Shown: in pieces, positions 24,189 through 38,580 of the stretch
Numbering within the stretch: the stretch's first letter is position 1
How the letters are laid out: each line of letters opens with the position of its first letter
Assembly (NCBI GenBank): GCA_951406725.2
Contig: OX597819.1
Location: 115,382,001 to 115,446,000 of the forward strand
Direction of reading: 5' to 3'
Source: Octopus vulgaris
Taxonomy: Eukaryota
Length of the DNA stretch: 64,000 nt
Notes under the pieces: model-generated
Seen by the model: only the letters and a program-made list of their open reading frames with translations
What the model was told of the DNA's origin: nothing
The model's database searches: none
Translations under genes and position numbers: made by a program

Positions 24189-25801
24189 AAAAAATTACCT
24201 GTGCCTATCCTTCTTTCACTCTATCGTATCTTTCAATGCCTGGCACAAAACCATCTTCCTTAATACTGCATCCTTACTCAGTCAAAGGGTCTTGCCTTGT
24301 GAATTACCTGGTGACCTCACAAAAAAAAAAAGTGCCACAAAAAACTACGCCCAAAACACCCTGTAAAGCAGCTGGCATTAGGAAGGGATCCAACTGTAGA
24401 AACCATGCCAAAGCAGATATTGGAACTCAACATAGTTCTCCAGCTTAGAGGATCCTGTTGAACTGTCCAACCTATGCCAGTATGGAAGATGGACATTAAA
24501 TGATGGTGACTACTACATTTATTCTGTGAACAAAAACATTAAATAAATTTTTTTTGCTCTCCGGACAAAAAAACCTGATGATGAATTTCCTGATGATAGG
24601 TACAATCTTTCGTTTGTTTCAGTTATTGCAGCCATGCTGGGGCATCATTCTGAAGGGTTCGATCAAACAAATCAATCCAGTGCTAATTTTTAAGTTTGGT
24701 ACTTGCTCTATTGGCCTCTTTTGTCAAACTGCAAAGTTACTGGGATGTAAACAAACCAACAGTGGTTATCAAGAAGTGAGTCAAACAAACACAATGCAAC
24801 ACAGATATACACACACATGACAGGCTTCCTCATAGTTTTCTTCAACCCAATTCACTCACAAGGCACTGGTCAATAGTAGGGTTATAGTAAAAGGTGCTTG
24901 CCATGCAGTGGGACCGAACCTGAAACCAGGTAGTTGCGAAGTAAGCTTCTTAACCACACAGCCATGCCTACATCTGATGAATTAATTCACCAATAAGGTA
25001 TTGAATTGCAATGTAATTAGCTTATGTTATAATTACCAGATGATATAATTACTGGCAAATGTATTTATCATGATGTAATTACCCATGAAGAATTCACAAC
25101 AAACCAAATGGGAGCCTATTTGGTTGCACTACCTCTAAAAATAGAAGCAAAATAATTTTAACTTACATCTAACTGTCCTCAGAAAAGAATGATACATTGG
25201 ATAAAGTAGTCCTAGATAGATGATGTCTAAAAAAAACAACCACAAAAAATAAATGAATGACTCAATCTCAAACATTTAATAATAGTTCATCATAAATTTA
25301 TGTCCACTTTTCATGCTGACATGGGTTGTGATGGTCGAAAGATCATGTGTTGTTTATATGTTCCATTTTTGGTATAGTTTCTATGGCTGGTTGATGCTAA
25401 TAATAGACAAGAGCTGGAGACAGGGTTTATTAGATAAAAGTATACACAATGGGCTTTTTTCAGTTTCTGTCTCACAAATCCATTCAAGGTTTTGGTTGGT
25501 CTGGAGCTATAGCAGAAGGCACTTGGCGAAGATGTCATACAGTGTGACTGAACCCAGAATCGTGTTGTTAGGAAGCAAATTTCTTACCACACAGCCATGT
25601 ATACGCATGTGTGTGTGTGTGTGTGCGTGTGAGCAGGTACAGACATAGCTGTGCGGTTAAGAAGTTTGCTTGCTAACCACTCAGTGTGGAGTTCAGCTCC
25701 ACCGAGTGGCACTTTGAGTAGGTGTCTTCTACTATAACTCCAGGCCAACCAGTTTTATGAGTAAATTGGAAAGACAGAAAATGAAAGGTGTCACATGTGT
25801 A

Positions 25802-25832
<31 letters not shown>

Positions 25833-26319
25833 ACGTATGTGTTTGTTTACATTTGTTCAGTACAAAGGTCGCTCACTACGAGAAGTGTTGGTGATGTCAC
25901 TTCTGTCAACAAATCCTCTGCTTGTTTTGTATCTTCAAAGACATGTAGAATAAGAAAACCCTAATTTGAAAAACAGGTAGGGGTTAGTGACAGGAAAGGC
26001 ATCCAGCTGTAAATCAATGCCTCAATAACATTCATCTAACCTATTCCAAGTTGGGAAAATGGACATAAACAAATGAATATGTGGCTTGTGTGGTTAAAAT
26101 GTTTGCTTCCTAACAACACCGTTTTGGGTTCAACCCCACTGCAAAGCACCTTGGACAAGTGTCATCTACTGAAGTCCTGGGTCAACCAATGCCTTTTGTC
26201 ATTTGGTAGGAAAAAAAAAACTGCACAGAAGTTTGTCTATATATGTGTGGGTGTATTTGTGTCTCATGGGAGATATTACAAACACTGATGAGATATATAC
26301 ACATACATATTAAAACATA

Positions 26320-26365
<46 letters not shown>

Positions 26366-26479
26366 TCAGCCGAAATTGCGAGGATGATCCGGTTCTTGAC
26401 TGAAGATTGAAGGCTGCGAATGTCCCGTCTGTGTTTTTTGTATCATCTTCTAAATGTTTTGCGTTCTTGTCCCAGTTTG

Positions 26480-26527
<48 letters not shown>

Positions 26528-27356
26528 GATAAACACACACACACACATACATGCTTGCTTTTGACCAGAATACCATGACTCTGATGATGGTAGCATTAAT
26601 TCGTTAGGTCAGTCAATTTTTCTCAACGGATCAATGGACCGATAGAGCAAAACAATCAATGAATGAATATGTAATGACTACCGGAAACAGCTGTAAGCAA
26701 AAATTTAATACAATAAAAGAATATGAAATGGCCATTATTTACACCTTGTCTTGTATACACATACATACGTACGTACATACATACATATGTGTGTCTGTAT
26801 ACAGTACTGCTTGAAAATTGATTAAGTGAAATTCTGTGTAACAGTTAATGAAGTTTTTCAGTTTCAATAAAACTCTCTCCCAGTCACCTTATATATATAT
26901 GTAAAAATATAAGCCATGCTGCTGAGAAGTACCACTTAAAAAATCCTTTTGATGACCTGTATGAATGAATATCTCTTCATTCATCTGTCTCCCTTCTTGT
27001 GAGGGAGGGAAGGAATGAGTTTGCAAATGTGAGTGTGTGTGTGTAAGTGTAGATAAGTGCTAAACAAACAGTGTGTACATGCTTAATTGTATAGGAACCT
27101 CATACCCAGATAAGGTACACGGTAGCATCAGCAGTAGTAGTTAAACAGAGACAACCTCAATGGCTATTGCTCACATATCTGGGATTGTGTGGTTATAGAC
27201 ACAAACATCCACAGTCAGCATAAAATAAGGCCATCTATTTATCAAGCAAAGATCAACATAATATAAACAACTGGACCACGAATACACAGTTTCTTCTAAC
27301 TGCTACTGTAGCAAGTTGTGCAATACTCATTTGGTGGCATACAATTTGCTAGTTCA

Positions 27357-27592
27357 AAGGCGGCGAGCTGGCAGAATCGTTAGCACGCGGGGCGAAATGC
27401 TTAGTGGTATTTCGTCTGCCGCTATGTTCTGAGTTCAAATTCCGCCAAGGTCGACTTTGCCTTTCATCCTTTCAGGATCGATTAAATATGTACCAGTTAT
27501 GCACTGGAGTCAATATATTCGAATTAATCCGTTTGTCTGTCCTTGTTTGTCCTCTCTGTGTTTAGCCCCTTGTGGGTAGTAAAGAAATAGGT
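27357..27592 (+). mobile_element. SINE family C with ~18-bp TSD
   Basis: TSD atacaa(t/c)ttgctagttca on both sides. Confidence 0.9.
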
Positions 27593-28364
27593 ATACAACT
27601 TGCTAGTTCAGAGGACCAGACCACCACCACTGCCACCACAGTTGCTGCTGCCGTCACCACCACCACCACCACCACCATCATTTAACATCCATTTTCCATG
27701 CTGGCATGGGTTGGATGGTTTGACCAGAGCTGACAAGCTGGAGATCTGCACCTGATTCCAGTCTAATTTGGCGTGGTTTCTACAGCTGGATGCCCTTCCT
27801 AATGCCAACCAACATAACAGAGTGTGCTGCATGCCTTTATGTGGCCCAGCATGGACGCCTTTATGGGATACCAGCACAGGTGCTTTTTATGTGACATGGG
27901 TAATCTTTGGGACATCAATTGGATTTGGGTGCCCATCACTCCTCATCTTGTTAATCCTATTAAAACCCATTCTCATTCTCCAAATCCAACACTAAAAAGT
28001 GGTTTTTCTCCCAACAATTCCTTCTCAGATCTTCAGTGCTTTGTAATTCTCTCCTTCACCAAGATATGTTCATGTGTACATGTCTGTGTTTTGCATCTCC
28101 TTGTTTTGACGTCATGTGACAGTTGTAAAAGAGCATCACAATCACACAAGTGGTATTCGTCACTTACAGTCTTCTGTGAAAACATATTTAACTCAAGATG
28201 AACTGTACCTTGCTAGGAAACAAGTGAAGGCTGACAGCAGGAAAAGCATCAGGCCGTAGAAAATCTGGCTCAATAAAATCCACCCGACTCATGCAAGCAT
28301 AGAAAACTGGATGTTAAAAACAATGATATGGATAGATATGTATGTTTTGTGTGCATATATTGGT

Positions 28365-28792
<428 letters not shown>

Positions 28793-29142
28793 ATATATAC
28801 ACATACACACACATATATATATACATACATACACACACATCTATCTATGTATCTATCTATCTATAATCATTTTGTCATCTGACATGTGGCCCATTGTGCA
28901 CCTGTACAGGTAATGTCAATTTGATGTAGGGAGTGAGCTTATGTGAACACATACATTTGATCACTATAAACAAATCAACTGTTTGGTTGTTCAGCAAGAG
29001 ATTACAGAACCCTCATACATCATATAATGACGAGAGAGTTCATGATAGACGTCAACAAAATATTGACAATACATCAGTAAATCAAACACAAAATACTTTG
29101 TGCTATTGATTCCATTATTTTATTTATTTAATTTTTTATTAT

Positions 29143-29732
29143 TTTACTTGTTTCTGTCATTTGACTGTGGCCATGCTGGAGCACCGCCTTTTAGTCGAAC
29201 AAATCGACCCCAGGACTTATTCTTTGTAAGCCTAGTACTTATTCTATCAGTCTCGTTTTTGCCGAACTGCTAAGTTACGGGGACGTAAACACACCAGCAT
29301 CGATTGTCAAGCAATGGTGGGGGGACAAACACAGACACACAATCATACACACACACACACACACATATATATATATTTTATATTTTAAGGGCAGTACAAT
29401 GTGTTTATTATAGTAGTTTTGACTTTAAAAGTCCCTCTTAGTGTGAGGCATTTATGTATAGTAATGCCCTTAATATAAATAAATATATTTAAAAGGAATA
29501 ATTAATAAATTTTTCCCTTATAAGGTTTTCACGCTAACTACTTGATAAATTCTTATAAAGATTTTATCCTATTTTTCAATTATAAATATATATATATATA
29601 TATATCACTTTGATCACTTTGACCGACCAGTCTGTCAGGCGTCCATTTGACACCGCTGGTCACAGCACGCTGTCCACTCCTCTCTGGATCGCGCCTTTCT
29701 CATCCACGTGATCCCAATCGTCCTCTTGAAAT

Positions 29733-29772
<40 letters not shown>

Positions 29773-29932
29773 GATGGGCTTCTTTCAGTTTTCATCTACC
29801 AAATCCACTCACAAGGCTTTAGTCGGCCCGTGCTATAGTAGAAGACACTTTCCCAAGGTGCCACGCAGTGGGACTGAACCCACAACCATGTGGCTGGTAA
29901 GCAAGCTACTTACCACACAGCCACTCCTGCGC
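29143..29932 (-). mobile_element. SINE family B split by nested insertions in its (TA)n tract
   Basis: 3' half at 29143-29375, 5' half at 29735-29932; foreign sequence at 29376-29732. Confidence 0.85.
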
Positions 29933-30662
29933 CTGAATAACCCAGACACCACCATATCACTCTTGTCACCATAGAATGTTATGAACTATTCATTAAATGA
30001 CCCACTCAAAAATGCATGATATAAAAGAAATATATCTGTGACACAATATTCTATTGATAAAATTATTTATTGTTAACATATTGGCTTTTCTCGGCTACAA
30101 CCACAGCTGGGATTTAAGTTAAATACCTGTTAAATTGATTTTGGGATGTTCTGGCTAACAGCTCTGGCTTTTTCTCATTTATTCCCAGGTCAGTTTGATA
30201 TGATCAAAGGCCTTCCAGCCTCGACCATCCTGTTTTCTGTATGACTATGTCTACATCATTCATATAAAATGTATCATAAATGGGTTTTTTGATAAATATA
30301 TGCATGTATAAAATATATGTGAATATATTGATATGTAATTGTGTGTGTGTGTGTGTGTGTGATGCATTTTCATTTTAACAGCTATTTTTACATGCTCGCA
30401 CGGGTCAGATGGATGCCTTTCCAGTGGCTAACCCTCACCTGTTTCCAGGCAATGTAATATTTCCCATGGTCAGGCATGTTTTTCACAGAAGTCTGGAAAT
30501 GAACAACCTCACTTGTCCGATAGTGCTACTCAATTACAACCACCATGTAATGTCAAGACATGAGTACACAATGGAACTGAACTTGAAACCTTTTGGTTAA
30601 GAAGCAAGCTTTTCAACCACACAGCCACACTGGTGGCACAACTATTTCAAAGAAAATCATTA

Positions 30663-30851
30663 TTATAATGTAACACACTCACCGGTAAAATTTCCACTTA
30701 TTTCTTATTTTTATTGTCCTAAAATTTTCGTTGCGTCTTGCAACCTTTTCAATAGTGACTATTGAAAAGGTTGCAAGAAGCAACGGAAATTTTAGGACAA
30801 TAAAAATAAGAAATAAGTGGAAATTTTACCGGTGAGTGTGTTAAATTATAA
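30663..30851. repeat. 189-bp near-perfect palindrome (94-bp arms, 1-nt centre)
   Basis: Centre aatagt-g-actatt at 30757; about 3 mismatches between arms. Confidence 0.95.
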
Positions 30852-31347
30852 GGCACTAAAAGAAAATGACTCTCCCCAGACACAACAGAATATGCTTCAA
30901 CACACGAACTCATATAAAGAATCTTGCAAACCAAATACAAAAACAAAACATTATTATAAGAATTATTATAAAAGAAAATCAATTTTAGTTAATGAATTTT
31001 CTATGAATTTATATAAACAACCTAAACAAACACAGGATGTGTTCTGGTGTGATGATTGTCACCTTGAAGATATTAACTCACCTGAGATCAACCCTAGAAA
31101 TATGTTGGAAATTGTGTTTTGAATTAAATTAAATCCTTCTATCAAAATTCCCTGCTGATTTATGTCCAGGTCTCATGTTAAAAGATGAAAAAACATTCGT
31201 TTCCATTGAGATGACAATGTCATATGATAGGAAGAGTGTAAAATATGAGAAGCTTTGGAAATCACGTGAAGCACAAAGATAACAGGGTACAGTGCTTCCA
31301 GCGGAGGCCAGGTGCACAGGGTTGAAGCTACGTCAACAATGTCTTAC

Positions 31348-31395
31348 CTGGTGAGCACTGGAGTTACAAAGGACAACAGAGCTGTGATTTGTGAA
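31348..31395 (-). other. Candidate 48-nt internal exon
   Basis: ctctgcttctccttattctctgcag| ... CAG|GTAAGA on the minus strand in unique DNA; no ATG. Confidence 0.3.
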
Positions 31396-32064
31396 CTGCA
31401 GAGAATAAGGAGAAGCAGAGTGGATATGGTTGAGGTATGTAACAGAAAGACCAAAGTTGAGAGTAAAGGAATAAATCCTTAGTAAGAAATGAAACAAACA
31501 AGATTAGAATGTTACAAGATTAGAGTAGCTCCAGTTGCCCTTAATTTGGTGTGGTGGTGGTGGATGTATGTCTAACAGAGGGAAGAATCAGTGCATTAGA
31601 ATGTGAGCCAAAAAACCCTAGACAATCCCTGGTAGTATCAATCCTCTATATTTGAACATACAAACACCAGTGATAAGATATAAACCCACAACATTCTGTT
31701 GTGAACTCCAACACTTTAACACTCGGGCCAGCTGTAACTGACTTTCACATGACAATTCAAATATCCACACACCCATTTATGGTATTAAAAAACTTTGAAT
31801 TCAATGTCTTTTTATTGTTTTTGACACAATAAATGCAAACAATTAGATAAAGTAACCTTAAAGTCAGAAAAATCATGAGAGATTGCTATGACAACTGAAT
31901 GCTAATGTAAACTTTAACATTTGTTAGTAAGTTAATGATATCTGTGGCTTGAACAGTTTTAATAGGTGAATTCGGTAACAATGAATATTTATCTCAGTCT
32001 GGCTTAAACTGAATGAGGTGATATTTCTCATCTCAAATATTAAAGTAGTTTTACCATTCAGCAT

Positions 32065-32641
32065 TTATTGTTGGCATTATTAATTGTCTGGAAACCGTTC
32101 AGCGACATGCAACCAAGAGAATACCCTCCATCAGGCATTTGCCATATTCTGAACGCCTTACTTCCCAGGGCATGGATACATTGAAACTCCGATGTCTGGC
32201 AGCTGACTTGGCAGACACCCATAAAATTATTAACCATCTTACTAACAATAACTCTGAGCACCTTTTCAAACTCCACCTGTCTAACACCTGTGGACGTATT
32301 TACAAAGTCAGAAAACAGCACAGCTCCCATGACTTTCGGAAACATTTTTTCACGCTAAGAGTTGCTGAAGTATGGAACAAACTGCCGGCATCAGTTGTTA
32401 GTTGTTGGAGCACTGCATCCTTCAAAACTTCCATGCTTTCTGAGATTCGTCAACACTACACCTGATTTTCTCCCCGCCATACACACGCAAGCATGTATCT
32501 GACTCATACACTGTTCACTTCCCAGACATTTGTACATTACTACATATGCTTTATATGCACTTTTGACAAGTTGTGGTGCACCTGAGCACTGTATACAATA
32601 ATTTCATTATTATTATCATCATTATTATTATTATTATTATT
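32065..32641 (+). mobile_element. 5'-truncated CR1-like LINE (second family) with (ATT)n tail
   Basis: ATKRIPSIRHLPYSERL...DLADTHKII...FFTLRVAEVWNKLPASVV...SFK. Confidence 0.9.
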
Positions 32642-32929
32642 ACGAAGGTGGCAAGCTGGCAGAATAGTTAGAGCATTACAAAAATTGCTTTGCAGTATTT
32701 CTTCTGATTCATTATGTTCTGAGTTCAAATTCTGCTGAGGGTGACTTTACTTTGTATTTTTATGGGGTCAATAAAATAAAGTACCATCCAAGATCTCCTT
32801 GAACAACAGAGGCAGAGGTCTTCTCCAATTTTTATGTGCCGATTCAAAGGTCTACATTTAAAGTAATGCCACCCATTCTTGCTATTTTCACTACTTTCAT
32901 CCAACTTTCAACAAACACACTACATAGAT

Positions 32930-33345
32930 GCAGGTGTGGCTGCGTGGATATAGGTACAAGCATGGCTGTGTGGCAAGAAGTTTATTCCCCAACCACCAGG
33001 TTCCAAGTTCAGTCTTACTGCATGACACCAGGCAAGTGTCTTTTACTATAGCGTTGGCCAAACCAAATCTTTGTGAGTGGATTCGGTAGATGGAGACTGA
33101 AAGAAGCCCATCATATATGTATACATATGAATACACATATCTGTCATTCTTTGTTCCCCACCATCGCTTGACAATAGGTGTGGGTGTATTTATGTCTCTG
33201 TAACTAAACAGTTTGGCGTAAGAGACTGATGGAATAAATACCAGGCTTAAAAAACTAAGAACTGGAGTCTGTCTGTCTGACTAAAATTCTTGAAGTTGGT
33301 GCCCCAGCATGGTTGCAGTCTAATGACTGAAACAAATAAAGAACA
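32930..33345 (+). mobile_element. SINE family B, old diverged copy
   Basis: Degenerate head, body and tail. Confidence 0.75.
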
Positions 33346-33502
33346 AAAGAATATAAAGTTACAGAGATGTACTTGCATAGCAAGTGACCTGATCTGAGAT
33401 CGTGTGCTGAAACAAAAACAATTGCAGCATGGAAGGTGTTTATAAGCTGTTTAAATACACACAAAAACCGTTAGATTCACTTCAACATTTAAATTCAATA
33501 TA

Positions 33503-33679
33503 TAGGTGCAGGAGTGGCTGTGGTAAGTAGCTTGTTTACGAACTACATGATTCTGGGTTCAGTCTCACTGCGTGGCACTTTAGGCAAGTGTCTTCTACTA
33601 TAGCCTCAGGCCAACCAAAGCCTTGTGAGTGGATTTGGTAGATGGAAACTGAAAGAAGCCCGTCATATATATGTATATG

Positions 33680-33714
<35 letters not shown>

Positions 33715-33928
33715 TTGTGTCTGTGTTTGTCCCCCACCCCAACATCGCTTGACAACCGATGCTGGTGTGTTTACGTCCCTATAACTTATTGGTTCAGCAA
33801 AAGAGACCGATAGAATAAGTACTAGGCTTACAAAGAATCAGTCCTAGGGTCGATTTGCTCGACTAAGGGCGGTGCTCCAGCATGGCCACAGTCAAATGAC
33901 TCAAACAAGTAAAAGAGAGTAAAAGAGT
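33503..33928 (+). mobile_element. SINE family B, full length
   Basis: Similarity to the other copies. Confidence 0.9.
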
Positions 33929-34486
33929 ATATTTTCTTCGCTTTGAGACCATGACCTGTTCACTGACAAAATTTCCTTGCAGCACAGAATTTTGAATATA
34001 CAGTATGTGACAAAAAAAAATCTCTTACATTTTACAGGATGACAAACATTTGAACAGCAAACATACAATATGTATCAGCCCAAACCATGACAGTAACTAA
34101 ATACACAATATAAACGGTAAATCCTTAGCAATGTGAAAACCTCATTATCATCTGCTTAATTTCATTAGCACCAAACCAATGGTTGAATAAATTATGGGAC
34201 GTTTTTCTGCCACATCCTGTACATACAAACACACATTTCAAATACAGAGAAACACATACATCAAAATATATCATCCACACTTTGATAAAAATTAAATCTC
34301 AATCAAAAGATGGAACTGAGTTTTAACAATGGTTATTTCGGTTGCTACAGCAGAACAAATTCCTTTGAGCACATAGAAACTACCAGAATGGTTAAACTAA
34401 ACATTTGGGCTTTTTTTGTTACTAAAAGTAATTTCTTACTTGATGGATTGTTTGTTAGACTGTTTTAATACCCCACCCATTCTGTC

Positions 34487-34521
34487 CACCACCACCACCA
34501 CCACCACCACCACCACCACCA

Positions 34522-34597
<76 letters not shown>

Positions 34598-34600
34598 CCC
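34487..34600. repeat. Compound (ACC)n(ACT)n microsatellite
   Basis: Direct reading. Confidence 0.97.
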
Positions 34601-34987
34601 CAATTAGCAATTCCACTAGAACTACCAGGATTGTTTATTTGCTTATGGAGCAACCAAACAGTCAATAACTGCCAAGAGATGTTTTGGTGGTGCCTGTTGT
34701 ATCAATTGAATGGCATCAATGGATCGGTCAGTCAGCTGTTTAAAGGAGGGGGAGATGGTGGGGGTGAGGCGAGGTGGGGAGGGAGAGGGGTTCCAACCAT
34801 GTTTATTGAATCAGTAACCAATAATGCAGAGAGAATGTTATGGTAACAGTGTTGCCATGGTAATTGTTCCTTGTCTGCAATGAAGGAAATAATTACTGAA
34901 GGATTTTCAGAGTCTCTATTGTGATAGAAGCAAAGTAAATATCTTTACTTTGTGGTAGACGCAGTAGAGTGGATAGTTTACATTCTG

Positions 34988-35014
34988 ATGGTGGTGGTGA
35001 TGGTGGTGGTGGTG

Positions 35015-35061
<47 letters not shown>
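34988..35061. repeat. Compound (GGT)n(AGT)n microsatellite
   Basis: Direct reading. Confidence 0.97.
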
Positions 35062-36285
35062 TATATTGACCCAGATTAGCTCTAATCAAGCATTCCTAAG
35101 GCAGGCAGATTGTTGGGTGGACGACTAGGCACAGCCCATACATTTATTCTTTCAGACACACCATTTTCCTTCTTCACTGAAGAGCATGCTGTAGTGACAA
35201 TGGAGCTCAACACAGTTCCCAAACCCATCGGATCCTTTTGAACCACCCAACCCATGCCAGCACAAGAAGACAGACATCAAATGATGAGGAAGAGGACCCT
35301 AATGTTCTAAAAATGACAGGACATATCACATGCTACAGCCCCTCATACGACAACCAACAGTCCTCTATAGAAACAAAAGCATATAATGCAGTTTTAGACG
35401 CATTGTCTGAAGAAAAGCAATAATTATTTCATTGTAGCTGGAACATCTTTGATCATAGATCCACTTGACAAGGGCTGAAATGGAGCCAAACATCTGCCCC
35501 TTTCTACATATTTTCCTTCTGAGTGTAAAACTGCAAAAGCAAGAATGACTGAGTTACTAAGATTCCACACAATTAACTAAAAGATTGATGGTTTATGTCT
35601 TATCACCAACTCTGTATTATGTCTTCGGGTGAAACATTTAACTCACAATGATCATATATATAATGCCAACCACTCCAAGAGTGTGGGTGCTTTTTACGTG
35701 CCACTGGCATGAGGGCCAGTCAGGTGAAGTCGATGCCAGTACCACCTGACTGGCACGTGAAAAGCACCCACTACACTCTCGGATTGGCTGGTGTTAGGAA
35801 GGGCATCCAGCTGTAGAAACCTTGCCAGATCAAGATTGGAGCCTGGTGCAGCCATCTGGTTCGCCAGCCCTCAGTCGAACCATCCATCTCATGCCAGCAT
35901 GGAAAGCGGACGTTAAACAATCATGATGATGATGATGAATGCGATAATAATCTACATTTACAGAATGCTCATTATGTTTGTTTATCACATTGAAGTGGTT
36001 AGTAAGAAGCAAAGCTGAAATGCAAATAAAATATCTTTAAATTCTAAATAAATCATCTTTGCTTTAAACTAGAACAGCATTCCAATGAGATAACATAAAA
36101 TGATAATCATTCTGTAAATGCTGATTTTATCTAATAATACACAGAAATACACACATACACAGATAATATCTGTACAAGAATACACATACACATATGTACA
36201 CATACACACTCATACATGTATACATGCACAAACATAAAAATGTACAAATATGCCCACACATATATATATGTATGTATGTATGTGC

Positions 36286-36328
<43 letters not shown>

Positions 36329-36881
36329 ATCATCATCATCATTTACCATCTGTCTCCCATGCATGCATCTGTCTCCAATGTAGGATGATTGACAGGAACC
36401 ACCCAGGTAGAAAACTATCCCAGGCTACTGTGTCTGTTTTGGCAGGGTTTTTATGGTTGGATGCCCTTCCTAACACTAACCACTCTGCAAAGGGGACCCA
36501 GTACTTTCTATGTAGGACTAGCACAGGCGAAGTTAGTTTTGGCAAGATTTTTACAGCTGGATGCCCTTCCAAATGCCAACCACTTTAGTGTGGATGGGAT
36601 GCTTTTTATGTGGCACCAGCACTGGCAGGGACACCAAATAACTTGCAAAACAGGGAATTTTGAGAGGAGCAGTGGAATTTGAGGAGGGGAATTTGTATCA
36701 GAGGATGAATGGTTAGAGTGTGACAGAGAGGCAGAAACAGGTATCTTGCTATAACAGAGAGCACATTGGAGGAGGTGATCCAGTATCAGATGATGAAAGG
36801 TTAGAGTGTGACAGAAAAATAGACAGGCAGAAATAAGTGCCTTGCTATAGAGAAAGTACATGATTACCCAGTGAGAGAAAG

Positions 36882-36885
<4 letters not shown>

Positions 36886-36972
<87 letters not shown>
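36886..36972. repeat. (GA)n microsatellite
   Basis: Direct reading. Confidence 0.98.
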
Positions 36973-36977
<5 letters not shown>

Positions 36978-37160
36978 CTTCTTTCAGTTTCTGTCAACCG
37001 AATCCACTCGCAAGGCTTTGATTGGCCCGAGACTATAGTTGAAGACACTTGCCCAAGGTGGCATGCAATGGGACTGAACCTGGAACCATGTGGTTGGGAA
37101 GTAAACTTCTCACCACACAGTCACACCTACGTCTGTATACACACACACACACACACACAC

Positions 37161-38580
37161 AGCCAGAATATCTATTCGGCTTTTGTTGACACTAAACTCC
37201 AAACACTAGAGTAAGTAGCTAACTTCAGTCAGTCCTTTGCACAAGTGCACACAATAGATACTTGACACTTCAACATTGTCCAACGTGAACTTGCAACAAG
37301 ACAGGCTGTATATTGTGTGCTTGGGATTATGGAGAGCCAAAAGAAACATTATCGACACTTCATATCTTTCTATTTTAAAAAGGACATGAAAGCAGGAGAA
37401 ACCAGCAGGAAGATATGCACTGAGTATGGAGAGGATGTTGTTATGGAACGTGGCATGTCAAAAGTGGCTTTCAAGATTTCAATTGGGAAATTTTTCAGTC
37501 TTTGCTCTGACTGACCAATTGAGATTAACACTGACAAAATGAAGGAGTTGTCAGCAACAAATCTTGTTATACAACCAGGTTGAATGTAGATGTTCTCCAG
37601 GTATTCAAATCAAGTGTTGAAAAGATCATCTGCATCAACTTGGTTGAATTAGTAGGCTCATTTGTGTCCCACATCTTTTGAATGATACTAACCCGACCCA
37701 ATGGTTTTTCATCTGCAATTTGTGGCAGAAATGTGAAGAAAATGATTCATTTTTGAAAAGAATGGTGATAGGGGATGAGAAATGGATCATTTATAACAAC
37801 GAGAAGCACAAACAATCATTGGGGAAGCACAGCAAACCATCACAATCATGTCTTGCAAACAACTTGCACATGCAAGTGCTACCAGTCAAAAGCCCCGTAT
37901 ACCAGAAGCCAGCAAGTTTATGGGGTCATCAGGAGAGAATGCACGCCGTTTCGGGGCCTACCTCTCGACAGTATCAATGCGCACTGGCCCCCCTCACTGA
38001 TATGAGGCCCTGCTTGCTAGATCAGCTGGTTATGAAGTTAAACTCAATTTGATGGAATTGGAAGGCTGCTGTCTTTTATGGGCTTCTTCCCATGGACAGG
38101 ATCATCATTTCAGATGTGTACTGTGACTAGCTGGACAAATTAATTGCAGTGATCTACCATAAACATCCATCACTTGCTAATAGCAAGGACATTGTCATTC
38201 ATCACAACAATGCTTGACCACACACTTCTTTGCAGATGCAGCAGACATTACTGGAGCATGACTGGGAAGTTTTACTGCACTTTTGTATTTGCCCAACCTT
38301 ATACCTTCAGGTTTCACCTGTTTTGATCTCTTCAGAATTCACTGAATGCACAGACCATCAACACTGAAGAGGATGTAAAAATTCATCTGAAAGAGTCTTT
38401 TGCTAGTAAAGACAGGGAATTCTTTGAGCTGGGAATAACGGATTTGCCTACAAGATGGCTGAAGAAACTGGAATGAAATGATAATAACAGCATTAACTGA
38501 ATAAATCACTCGTGCTTAAAATTTGTTTTATTTTTACTTAAAAAAAACAAACAAACAGACCTTTTAGCCTATCCAATATA
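37161..38580 (+). pseudogene. Decayed mariner (Tc1/mariner) transposon with transposase pseudogene
   Basis: MESQKKHYRH...ICTEYGEDVV, FLKRMVIGDEKWIIYNN, IHHNNA.PH, SLQNSL, LPTRW; right TIR-like end ttttagcctatccaata followed by TA; stops and frameshifts. Confidence 0.9.

Noticed and set aside
26395-26430. CTGAAGA...CGAA hammerhead-like words
   Set aside because: GAAA is incomplete and no convincing stems form.
34416-34607. Poly-Thr ORF resembling a mucin
   Set aside because: Pure trinucleotide microsatellite with no splice or domain support.
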